Source of the DNA: Macrostomum lignano
Lineage: Eukaryota
DNA length: 64,000 nucleotides
Assembly: GCA_002269645.1 (NCBI GenBank)
Contig: NIVC01000401.1
Coordinates: forward strand, 238,623 to 302,622
Direction of reading: 5' to 3'
Below the pieces are notes generated by a model. The model was not told the DNA's origin, did no database searches, and was given only the letters and a program-made list of their open reading frames with translations. This document shows positions 41,111 through 52,052 of this stretch, in pieces; within the stretch, counting starts at the first letter, position 1; every line of letters begins with the position of its first letter. The position numbers and the translations under genes are program-made.

Positions 41111-41974
41111 GGATCACCTACCTCTGATGCGAATGTGCATATGCTCCATACTCCACCCAGAAGGTGCATACATACTGTACACTATCGATCAAATCCTCCC
41201 GTATTGTACATACTTTTGAGAGCAGCCCCCTGCCGCAATTTAAATATGCTTCTATGCTGAGGAGAAGAACCTTTACCCCCCTCCCCGTGTGTTAGCTCCA
41301 CAGCAACCCCCCTCTCCTAAATCAGGTCATTGTGTGCGCTTCTGCTTTCAAATTGAAAAGGCAATTTTTTTATTGATTTTTTACTTTCCAGATTTAACTT
41401 GCGACCTTTGTTTTTGTGCAATTTATAATCTATCGATACTTATTCGTTGTACTCTAACAGTCTTCTTGGTGTGCAGTGTACGCCCATTTGTTTGTTTACA
41501 TGTACTCGTGTAGGCTCTTCATCATCAGTGTATCAGGTATTAGTTCTGTGCGAGTGGCGTCCTTCAATACAATACAGATTAAAACATGCACTTGCAAATG
41601 AATAACCATGTTTAGACTGTGTCTCTTGTTGTCCCAAATCTCATTTGTGGCTTTATATAATAAATACTATTAGTTGGCATGTTATTGTTATTTCAGAAGT
41701 GTGTACGTTCTATGAAAATCAATACTTTATTATACGGCTTCAATGGCTTCGTTAGTTTTCATATTTACTAATATAATTAATATTAATAAGACTTGTACAG
41801 GGCACCCTGCATTTCTAACGCAGCTCAGCGGGGGAGCTGGTGGTTCAGTTGCCTACTAACCGCTGCCAATTCTGCTTAACTTACTGGTAGAAGCTATCGT
41901 CTGGCCTGCAGTCAGGCATAGTGGTATTTTTATTCCCTGGTAATTATCATAAACTTTTGACTTTCCGCGGCATT

Positions 41975-42400
41975 TTTGTCACACATTAAACCCTTGCCCG
42001 GTGTTTTGGTCACACCTTCAGCCCTGCCCTTGCCTGGTGTTTTGTCACACCTTCAACCCTCCCCTGTATTTTGGTCACACCTTCAGTCCTGCCCTTGCCT
42101 GGTGTTTTGTCACACCTTCAACCCTCCCCTGTATTTTGGTCACACCTTCAGTCCTGCCCTTGCATGGTGTTTTGGTCACACCTTCAGCCCTGCCCTTGCC
42201 TGGTGTTTTGGTCACACCTTCAGCCCTGCCCTGTATTTTGGTCACACCTTCAACCCTTCCCTGTATTTTGGTCACACCTTCAACCCTTCCCTGTATTTTG
42301 GTCACACCTTCAACCCTTCCCTGTATTTTGGTCACACCTTCAGCCCTGCCCTGTATTTTGGTCACACCTTCAACCCTTCCCCTGTATTTTGGTCACACAC
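41975..42400 (+). repeat. Minisatellite of about 30 bp
   Basis: Unit TTTTGGTCACACCTTCAACCCTTCCCTGTA. Confidence 0.92.
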
Positions 42401-42914
42401 TCAATCAGTGGAGTCTAGAAATTCTAGCAGAAAATGCCGAATTCCGTTGAAAACGACACCCGCAGAATGAGGGGCATCATGCTAAGCGAGAGAATATTTA
42501 TGAAGCAGGAGCAGACAAAATTAAATTTGGTTCTAAACAATTTAAACTGCACTGCAATGTTGACGGGGGCATTTTTAGCGTTCCGTTGGCTGAGCGTTGA
42601 GCGCAGCAAGCCGAGAAAGATGCATATACGCGAGAAATAGGGCCAGTCTGTTTGAATTGGATCGACTGCTGCTGCTGAGACGAAAAAACGGGCTTTGAAG
42701 AGCTAAAATGCTGGTCTTGCATTGTCTGTCTACCTACGAGTATATGAGCATCTGTAAACAGCCTCACCTCACCTCAATACCCCTCTCTCCTCTGTCCGTG
42801 TGAATCGAGCTATCAAATAGCCATCATTTCTTTGTACGATCTTATAACTAACTACAGGGCTTACCCCTGCCACCGTAGACTGGTAGCTCGAGTGCGGCTC
42901 TGTGCACCAGCAAA

Positions 42915-44332
42915 ATGCAGTCCAGCCATTCCGCAGCTCGAGGCCGGCCTGCAACCACCGCGATTGCGACGCTGTCGGCTGCGAGACCGCCGCCCGAATT
43001 GACTGTCGGATCTGAGGCCGCGCGGCATTCGCTGCTGCTGCCGGCCTACACTGCGCATGTACGCCATGGGCTTATTCTGGCCTGCCCTGACACCTATTCT
43101 GGCCTGCCCCTGTCGCTCATTCTGGCCTGCCCTGACACCTATTCTGGCCTGCCCCTGTCGCTCATTCTGGCCTGCCCTGACACCTATTCTGGCCTGCCCC
43201 TGACACTCATTCTGGCCTGCCCTGACACCTATTCTGGCCTGCCCCTGACACTCATTCTGGCCTGCCCTGACACCTATTCTGGCCCACTCCTGACACTCAT
43301 TCTGGCCCACTCCTGACACGCATTCTGGACTGCCCCTGACACTCATTCTGGCCTACCCCTGACACCTATTCTGGCCTACCCCTGACACTCATTCTGGCCT
43401 ACCCCTGACACTCATTCTGGCCTACCCCTGACACTTGTTCTGGCCCACTCCTGACACGCATTCTGGACTGCCCCTGACACTCATTCTGGCCTACCCCTGA
43501 CACTTATTCTGGCCTGCCCCTGACACTCATTCTGGCCTGCCCCTGACACTAAAACGTTTTGCTTTATTGGCAATATTTATTGAAAGTTTGCACACTTTCG
43601 CACAGTTTCTAGGAGACAGGCGCAGGTACTGACTCATGCTGCATATATATATTATATTTATAAAATCCGCAGCGCGCCAGATGTCAGCGCGACTACGCGG
43701 CCATGTGCAGCCGTTTCCCGACTTTATCGGTCGTGTCGGCCGTATCAGCCAGCGACGGTCCGCGGCGTCGTTATCTGCCGGCAGCAGCGACGGCCAGTCA
43801 CCATGGCAACGCCGACGGCGACAGGGCCGACGGCGAAGGCGACGACGACGCGTTCTGGCCGACCGGTTTCGTCACCAGCCTGCGTCGACCGACGTTTGGC
43901 CAGCAGCGGACTCGGCATCATCAGCAGCATCAGCAGCTCCGGCTCCAGCGTCGCCAGTTCGGCGAGTCTGTCGACGACGAACTGGTGGACGACGCTGCCT
44001 CCACCGCGTCGACCTCGTCATCGGCTGAGGCGGACGCCGTCGGCCGGCTTCGTCGCCGATTTCGTCTGGACGGCTGGCGACTGTGCGAGCTGCTGCGACG
44101 GCGCGGCTTCGGCGATCCGCGTCAGCAGAACCGTCTGGCCGATGACGGGCAGGACGAGGGGCCCAGCGGCGGCCGCGGCCGGCAGAGGGGACCTCGGGTT
44201 CACCAGGTTCGGTTTCACAACCACACCGCTAGCGTGTCCGCCTGGTTCGCCAGTCGAGACCTCCGCGGCGGCGCCGATGGTGCGGCGGCTTCGTCTGGCA
44301 GGCCGGCAACTCAGGGAGTTCGCGTTGCCTAG
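42915..44332 (+). CDS. Hypothetical low-complexity protein, 2 exons (42915-43058, 43673-44332)
   Basis: ATG at 42915. The donor CAT|GTACGC at 43059 and the acceptor AAAATCCGCAG| ending 43672 are both phase 0 and join into the open 43703-44332 frame. Composition is GC-rich with His/Gln, Asp and Ser/Ala runs, like the neighbouring genes. No family was recognised. Confidence 0.55.
43065..43550 (+). repeat. 22/23-bp minisatellite
   Basis: Units TCTGGCCTGCCCTGACACCTAT and TCTGGCCTGCCCCTGACACTCAT. Confidence 0.93.
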
Positions 44333-44454
44333 CAACTGAAGTTGTGCAGTTGCTGGTGGTGGACTTGTTATTCGTAATATGAGAAATTGGTCGAGGCTGT
44401 AATCTGTGAAAATCTGTGAAGAACGGCTAGTGTGCACAATGGGTCGTTCGTTTT

Positions 44455-44945
44455 CACAAACTCGAAACTTCCCAAACTCGAAAATTCCCAAACTCGAAAC
44501 TTCCCAAACTCGAAACTTCCCAAACTCGAAAATTCCCAAACCGAAACTTCCCAAACTCGAAACTTCCCAAACTCGAAAATTCCCAAACCGAAACTTCCCA
44601 AATCCAAAACTCCCCAAATCCAAAACTTTCCAAATCCAAAACTTCCCAAATCCAAAACTTCCAAAACTCGAAACTTCCCAAACTCGAAACTTCCCAAACT
44701 CGAAACTTCCCAAACTCGAAACTTCCCGAGCTCGAAACTTCCCAAACTCGAAGCTTCCCAAACTCGAAACTTCCCAAACTAGAAACTTCCCAAACTCGAA
44801 ACTTCCCAAACTCGAAGCTTCCCAAACTCGAAACTTCCCAAACTAGAAACTTCCCAAACTCGAAACTTCCCAAAATCGAGGCTTCCCAAACTGGAAACTT
44901 CCCAAACTGGAAACTTCCCAAACTCGAAACTTCCCGAGCTCGAAA
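44455..44945 (+). repeat. 16-bp minisatellite
   Basis: Unit CGAAACTTCCCAAACT. Confidence 0.95.
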
Positions 44946-45659
44946 CTTATCATCGTCGAATTCTTTGAAGTTGTGAGCAGGCGGAGTTGAACCATCAAGA
45001 AAGGAATTTGGGCTGATTCGAGGGGGCGCTATAAGCTACGGGCGTGAAAATTGAAAGCTCAATGTACATAAGAAGTGTACATGTACATTGTACATACTGG
45101 CGGCACTTAGGCTATTTTTGCTATTCATGCTGTTATCTAATCTGATCGGGTGTCTCTTTCGCAATAGCGCAAGCACGTTCCGAATTTATTTTATTGACAA
45201 TATTAATTTCAACTACTTCTTAACTACTTATACTAGAGCTTATAAGCAGAGAACTCAGTTTATAGATATTCTTGAATGCGAAACTGATCGCTTTTAATAG
45301 ACTTTTTGTGTATTTATCTGATTTAAAAATAGCAAAATATAAATAAGCGTTGCACCCAAGCCAGAGGAGACCATAATTATGAGAAGTTTGAATTCAAAGT
45401 TGCAACAAATTGAATAAAAATATTGATATGGGTGTGCAACCTTGTACCTCTGTACAAACAATCACAAAATGCTTTGTAGTGTGTGTGTGTGTGTTGCAGT
45501 CTGCTACATGAAAAAGCCACAAATTATTATTCGATAAATTAAAAATTATTTTTACTTTTTAAAAATAAAGAAAAGTTCTTGCTTGTAGAAGTTTGTACTG
45601 TACTGTGTTCCTTCATCTCACCTAACTTACGAGCTGTAAAGAGCCAAATTCCTACCCTC

Positions 45660-46125
45660 GCTAAACCAGCCACCTCACTCCCTACCCCTAACCCCGACCC
45701 TCATTAAACCAGCCACCTCACTCCCTACCCCTAACCCCGACCCTCATTAAACCAGCCACCTCACTCCCTACCCCTAACCCCAACCCTGATTAAACCAGCC
45801 ACCTCACTCCCTACCCCTAACCCCGACCCTGATTAAACCAGCCACCTCAGTCCCTACCCCTAACCCCGACCCTGATTAAACCTACCACCTCACTCCCTAC
45901 CCCTAACCCCAACCCTGATTAAACCAGCCACCTCACTCCCTACCCCTAACCCCGACCCTCATTAAACCAGCCACCTCACTCCCTACCCCTAACCCCGACT
46001 CTCATTAAAACAGCCACCTCACTCCCTACCCCTAAACCCAACCCTGATTAAACCTACCACTTCACTCCCTACCCCTAACCCCAACCCTGATTAAACCAGC
46101 CACCTCACTCCCTACCCCTAATTTC
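45660..46125 (+). repeat. 43-bp minisatellite with telomere-like CCCTAA/CCCTAC/CCCCGA hexamers
   Basis: Unit TAAACCAGCCACCTCACTCCCTACCCCTAACCCCGACCCTGAT, about 11 copies. Confidence 0.93.
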
Positions 46126-46184
46126 GACCCTCCACCTTTTGTAGGCTTGTGTTAGTGTTTAAAAAGTTCAGTCCAATTGCAAGC

Positions 46185-46631
46185 CTACTTGGCCAGCTCG
46201 CCAGAAGCCTTTGAGGCTTTCAACTTCTCGTGCTGGTACAGGGTGTAGCTAAGCACAGCCGACAGCATGATGGAGCCCAGGCTTAGCACTGAAATCCCAA
46301 CCAATATGCAGACGTCCATGTGCCTGCCTAGCTTATAGTAGTATATAGCGTTTCTTTCATTCTCTCTGGCGGTCAATCTGTCGTCCTGAGTATACTGGCG
46401 CGGCACCAAATAACCGAAGCTGATGAGCACGATGCCCAGAACGAGCAGAACGATTGACAAGCAGCTCGAAAACTCCAACGGATCTTCTCGAGGCGTCACG
46501 CACATCAGCCGACAGCAGCAGAGCAGTTCCTCTTTCCTCTGCTGCTTTTCCTGTTGTCTATTCTCTGGTAGCTTCTGTTGTTGTTGTTGTTCGTCCATCG
46601 ACGACACTGCTGACGTCCCTTCCGTCGTCAT
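46185..46631 (-). CDS. Small two-TM protein, neurensin/TMEM74-like
   Basis: 148 aa. TM1 (IVLLVLGIVLISFGYLVP) is followed by a loop (RENER..YYYKLGRHMDVC) and TM2 (ILVGISVLSLGSIMLSAVL). The GYxVP...DxCxxxGxxxLxLG pattern resembles neurensin/TMEM74. An AG acceptor lies 6 nt before the ATG. The 3' end may be spliced. Confidence 0.7.
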   Translation of the reverse strand: MTTEGTSAVSSMDEQQQQQKLPENRQQEKQQRKEELLCCCRLMCVTPREDPLEFSSCLSIVLLVLGIVLISFGYLVPRQYTQDDRLTARENERNAIYYYKLGRHMDVCILVGISVLSLGSIMLSAVLSYTLYQHEKLKASKASGELAK

Positions 46632-48367
46632 GACTACCTGTGTGTAGTTAATTAAAATTGCTTAATTGCTCTAAGCTTCTGTTCTGGGTTTGGTTGGTTT
46701 AGGCTAGCTTTCAATGGATTTTATGGCTGGGAGAGCAGAGCAAGTGTGCAGCAGCGGTGGGAGAGGCGGAGTGCGCCATATGTGGAGAGTGCCATGGCGT
46801 GGTCTTAATAGCTGCTGTTGCCCTGAGCACAGCTGCGCTTCCTGTGCCCCCCCCCCCTACTACCCCAGTTGCCTAAGGCCAGGCAAAGCGTCACATATTG
46901 GAGCTCAATAAGGGACAGCCAGTCAGTTTAATCGATAAGTTTTATATAGGGAATTTCTCCCATGCTACTGTGCGCACAGTGCGCGATTATAGAATTTCCC
47001 TGCCGCTGATTTATAAAAAAATTGGTTGAAAAATTATGCCTGCGTCTCGATTACTTGCAGTAGTTAATATCGAGTTAGGATTACAGATTTCTTGTAGATT
47101 TATAGTTAGAGATTTTCATGAGATTAAATGATGCGACAATGAACTGTCTATGGCCAAAACTCTATTAGTCTATTAGCAGTCTATTAGTTTACTCTATTAG
47201 TAAAGTAGAAGGACGGGAAAGCACGGTTCTTGGAAAATTTTAGGAGGCAAGTTTAGCTGAAATAAATAAATCACGGGGAGGCAGACCCAATGTACTTTTA
47301 TATATAGGATACAGAAAATTAACATAGAAATCTAATTTTCTAAACAACAAGCTTTATGAATATGATGAAGAAAACGTAGTTTTCGGTAAAAACCTGTTTC
47401 CTAATTTTTTTCCAAGAAACGTACTTTCCCGTCCTTCTACTTTAGTAGTCCTTGTTTCTGAAGTCTTTTACAGAAAACAAAAGTAGTCTATGTGTTGTGG
47501 GTGAAACAAAAGTTCCCCATAGACATTTATTTACGTGACTGCGCTAATGTTAATATGAAGAGGTCGAACGGACCAAACTAGAAAGGAACAAAAAATAAAA
47601 TGAATTGAGAGCTGAGCTCAGCGTCAATGAGCCATGCACAAGGACAACACTATGGTAGTGGAATATATGTCTATGGCCTGAAGCATATAATTAATGAACG
47701 GAAACTACCACAAACTACTATAGTAAATTGCCCCACTTTTAATTTGATAGCCCAAACGAATAGGCCTTAGTTTCTCATTGTACTGTAGTCAAGCACGCGT
47801 GCTTAGTTTGCACTCATGGATCCACTCTCAAAACCAGATTGACTGACTGGCTGGCTGGCTAGCCGTACGTCAACCATTTTTTTATTGATATAAAGGTCTA
47901 AGAGAGAGACGGAGGGAGAATGGGAGAGCTATAGATTGAATGAAGATCGTTGCCAACCTCGTTTTTTAAGCACATAGCAACGCCACCAAGCAAGCTTCAT
48001 CTTTAGCTCTGTCAGCATCATAGGGACAGGGGAGGGCAGAGATGAAGCGTGCGCTTGTAAAGTCTGGCCTATAAGCGGAAGAGAACTTTTCGCTGTAGAA
48101 AATCCCACTCTCTTAAAAGGCACTGAGCTGGCTAAAGAGGAAAAGCCGGTGTTCAATTGAAGGAGAGATAAGTCTTTTGCCAAGCCACCTTGCTGGCCTC
48201 TGCGCAACGGCAGAAGCACAAGAAAAGATCAAGCTGACTCCTGAGGCATTTTGGATTGCTGCTTTGCAGCGACTCTATTCACAGGTAAAGGTTTACGAGA
48301 TCAATTTGATTATTTGATTTTACAGAGACGTCTTCAAAAGTCGCTGAGACAGCGATAAAACTCGTAC

Positions 48368-48516
48368 TCACACTGAGCACTGACACACACTGAGCACTGA
48401 CACACACACACACACACACACTGAGCACTGACACACACACACACACACACTGAGCACTGACACACACTGAGCACTGACACACACACACACACACTGAGCA
48501 CTGACACACACACACA

Positions 48517-48551
<35 letters not shown>

Positions 48552-48585
48552 TGAGCACTGACACACACTGAGCACTGACACACCC
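48368..48585 (+). repeat. Compound (CA)n / CACTGAGCACTGA microsatellite
   Basis: CA runs interrupted by CTGAGCACTGA, ending about 10 nt before the ATG at 48594. Confidence 0.95.
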
Positions 48586-48593
48586 TCCCTCAG

Positions 48594-50425
48594 ATGGGGG
48601 CTCCCATTCACCCGGCGGTGATGGAGAAGCGCTGGCGTCCCTGCAGCTGCCTGCCAAGCAGTCGGAAGAGGCGTCGAGCCTTCATTCTGGTGGCCGCGCT
48701 GCTTCTGGTTGTCCAGTTCACGGCTTGGCTTGTCTCAGGCAGCGGGAGCAGCCCAGTGGACGTCGATAACGGATCGAACCTTATCCGCGAACTTGTCCGC
48801 TCTCTCCCGCCGGCCGCCTCAGACTCGAAAACTTCGCCTAGCCTGTCCGAACTCTCGGCCAATGCGCTGAATTTTAGCTACTTTCACCGGCTCGCCCGTC
48901 AGCACATGGACGCCGCTATGCACTGGTTTGACCCGGCCAGCACGCAGCTGCCTCTGCTGCGACTGTCAGCCAAGGAGGAGTCCGCGGACTTCCGCGCCAG
49001 CCGGGCCGCCGCTTGGCTCCGCACACAGACGCTGATCGCTGTGGGCACCGTCAGGAATGCTTTGCCCGGCTTGCGGAGCTCGTTGAAAAACCTGCGCCAG
49101 CTGTGCACCCGCTTTGCTCAGTGCAGCATCGCGCTGATGGAGAACGACTCTAGCGATGGTAATGCTGACGCTGTTGAAGTGGCTGTATAACCACTTGTGA
49201 AAAGGTCCCGAAGGTCCCGAAGGTCCCGAAGGTCCCGAAGGTCCCGAAGGTCCCGAAGGTCCCGAAGGTCCCGAAGGTCCCGAAGGTCCCGAAGGTCCCG
49301 AAGGTCCCGAAGGTCCCGAAGGTCCCGAAGGTCCCGAAGGTCCCGAAGGTCCCGAAGGTCCCGAAGGTCCCGAAGGTCCCGAAGGTCCCGAAGGTCCCGA
49401 AGGTCCCGAAGGTCCCGAAGGTCCCGAAGGTCCCGAAGGTCCCGAAGGTCCCGAAGGTCCCGAAGGTCCCGAAGGTCCCGAAGGTCCCGAAGGTCCCGAA
49501 GGTCCCGAAGGTCCCGAAGGTCCCGAAGGTCCCGAAGGTCCCGAAGGTCCCGAAGGTCCCGAAGGTCCCGAAGGTCCCGAAGGTCCCGAAGGTCCCCAAA
49601 GGTCCTCGAAGGTCTCAATGGTCCCGAGACACTCCGAGTTCTTAGATGCCTGGCTTCAAATTTAAGTCTGTGAGCATCCTTTATAATTTTACCGGTAAAT
49701 CTGACTTTCATGCACCCAACTATCTACTGTCAGTAGCAATGTAGAAATTTGATCAAAATATCTGAATTGTACCTTCTGTAGATACCAGGAGGTTTCTGCA
49801 CCGGGTCAGCCGGTTCGACTCGCGGGTCAAGCTGCTGGGCTGCGGCCAGGTCAACTCCGCCAAGCCCTGCCGTCTGGCTGTGACCTACTCGAGTGGGAAG
49901 CGCCTTCAAGAGGACATCGAACAAGGCGCGGTGATGTCCGCCCTGAGAAATCAGCTGCTGGCTTACGCCTATACTCAGCTGGTAACCAACTCGACTCGAA
50001 ATCGTAGCTTATTGGCCGTCATCGACCCGGGTCTGATCTGGGTGGACTGGGATCACAGGTCCCTGCTGCAGGGGCTGTACTACTTCTCTGCTAGACCGGC
50101 GCTGGACTCTCTGTGCCCGGCAGTTTATTACTACTACTGGGGCAGACGGATGGCCTACGACCCGTGCAATCGGCAGTTCCGGGATCCTGGCGTCGACCGG
50201 CGGAGCGCCACAGCTTCGCTGCACCAGGCGCCCTGGCCAGTGAAAGTCGGGTCCTGCTTCCAAAGCTTGGCCTTCTATCGGATGAGCTCGCTGATTGGTC
50301 GGCGCCTGCTGTACAGGAGAGGTCACGGCGAGCGAGCGTGCGAGCACAACAGCTTGTCCAGGCAGCTGGCAGAGAACTACTTCGATCCGAATATGCAGCT
50401 GCGGGTTAAACTTGGACTGGTCTAG
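48594..50425 (+). CDS. Type II membrane GT-A-like glycosyltransferase-related protein. Exons 48594-49158, 49782-50425
   Basis: N-terminal TM ([19 protein letters not shown]). Motifs [15 protein letters not shown]|DT (formed by the phase-1 splice), [20 protein letters not shown] and DPNM. This pattern is typical of ENDSxDxT-type (CAP59/GT2-like) proteins. Confidence 0.75.
49201..49600 (+). repeat. Perfect 9-bp tandem repeat (AAGGTCCCG)n, about 43 copies
   Basis: Uninterrupted copies inside the glycosyltransferase intron. Confidence 0.98.
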
Positions 50426-51290
50426 CTAGTCTAGGGGATAGTCTGGCTGGTCTAGGGGATAGTCTGGCTGGTCTAGGGGATAGTCTGGCTGGTCTAGGGG
50501 ATAGTCTGGCTGGTCTAGGGGATAGTCTGGCTGGTCTAGGGGATAGTCTAGCTGGTCTAGGGGATAGTCTAGCTGGTCTAGGGGATAGTCTAGCTGGTCT
50601 AGGGGATAGTCTAGCTGGTCTAGGGGATAGTCTAGCTGGTCTAGGGGATAGTCTAGCTGGTCTAGGGGATAGTCTAGCTGGTCTAGGGGATAGTCTAGCT
50701 GGTCTAGGGATAGTCTAGCTGGTCTAGGGGATAGTCTAGCTGGTCTAGGGGATAGTCTAGCTGGTCTAGGGGATAGTCTAGCTGGTCTAGGGGATAGTCT
50801 AGCTGGTCTAGGGATAGTCTAGCTGGTCTAGGGGATAGTCTAGCTGGTCTAGGGGATAGTCTAGCTGGTCTAGGGGATAGTCTAGCTGGTCTAGGGATAG
50901 TCTAGCTGGTCTAGGGGATAGTCTAGCTGGTCTAGGGGATAGTCTAGCTGGTCTAGGGGATAGTCTAGCTGGTCTAGGGGATAGTCTAGCTGGTCTAGGG
51001 GATAGTCTAGCTGGTCTAGGGGATAGTCTAGCTGGTCTAGGGGATAGTCTAGCTGGTCTAGGGGATAGTCTAGCTGGTCTAGGGGATAGTCTAGCTGGTC
51101 TAGGGGATAGTCTAGCTTATCTGGTAGATAGTCTAGCTTATCCAGTAGACAGTTTAGCTTATCTAGTAGATAGTCTAGCTTATCCAGTAGACAGTTTTGC
51201 TTATCTGGTAGATAGTCTAGCTTATCCAGTAGACAGTTTAGCTTATCTGGTAGATAGTCTAGCTAATCCAGTAGAGAGTAGCTTGTCTGT
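50417..51290 (+). repeat. 21-bp minisatellite with a diverged 3' sub-array
   Basis: Unit GTCTAGGGGATAGTCTAGCTG, then AGCTTATC(C/T)(A/G)GTAGA(C/T)AGT variants after about 51110. Confidence 0.95.
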
Positions 51291-51659
51291 CTGATCTCGA
51301 AAAGAACTTATAATTTTTACTGTTCATTACTTTAAGAAATTTCTGAACTTTCAAAGTGATGCCATTTTCGCTTTCTTAAATATAAATTTATATTTTTTGA
51401 TTAAATGCGATTTTGCTTCGATTGCTACTATGAGTAGAGGCGTTAGCTCGTAGCAACATGGTTTTTAAGTTGAAAAGCGGAGGCTGTTTCCGCAAACTGC
51501 AATGCAGAATCGCTCATGCAAAGTACTGGTTAGAACTCGAAGTTTTGTAAGTTTGTAAGTGTTGTAAAATGGGTGATACGAGCTATAACTTCAAAATACT
51601 GTACGCTGTACAACTTGATTCAGCTGAGACAGTCGGGCGACTCAAAGACTACCCATGCA

Positions 51660-51800
51660 GGATGACTTAGGCAGATGACTCAGGCAGATGACTCAGGCAG
51701 ATGACTCAGGCAGATGACTCAGGCAGATGACTCAGGCAGATGACTCAGACAGATGACTCAGAAAATGACTCAGACGAATGATTCAGACAAATGATTCAAG
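51660..51800 (+). repeat. 13-bp repeat with 8 perfect TGACTCA (AP-1-type) motifs
   Basis: Unit GATGACTCAGGCA. Confidence 0.93.
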
Positions 51801-51896
51801 TGATATGCATTTTTGTATTGAACGGATTTTTGGTGGAGGTGAGATTCGCTCCCATGAGGAAGGCCCGTCACTGGACAGCCGACTGGGAAGTCTCTC

Positions 51897-52052
51897 ATTG
51901 GCCTGCAGAGCCCAATGCAGTTGATCTATATAAAAAAGCAGCACACTGTGCGTGCAGAGTCATCCCACTCCATTCAAACTGATTACGATGCCCAAGAGCA
52001 GTGTTTCCTTTGACCAACAGGTGAACAGAGTCAGCTACTGATATTGGTAAGC
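51897..52052 (+). promoter_or_regulatory. Candidate Pol II core promoter and first non-coding exon, possibly of the amine GPCR
   Basis: ATTGG at 51897, CCAAT at 51912, TATATAAAA at 51927-51935, and a strong donor G|GTAAGC at 52047. Confidence 0.4.

Noticed and set aside
47929-48219. 96-aa - strand ORF
   Set aside because: It has a non-ATG start, no recognisable motif and no splice support.
49118-49711. ORFs encoding (DLR)n, (GTF)n and (RRS)n
   Set aside because: They are artefacts of the 9-bp repeat, inside a phase-compatible intron.
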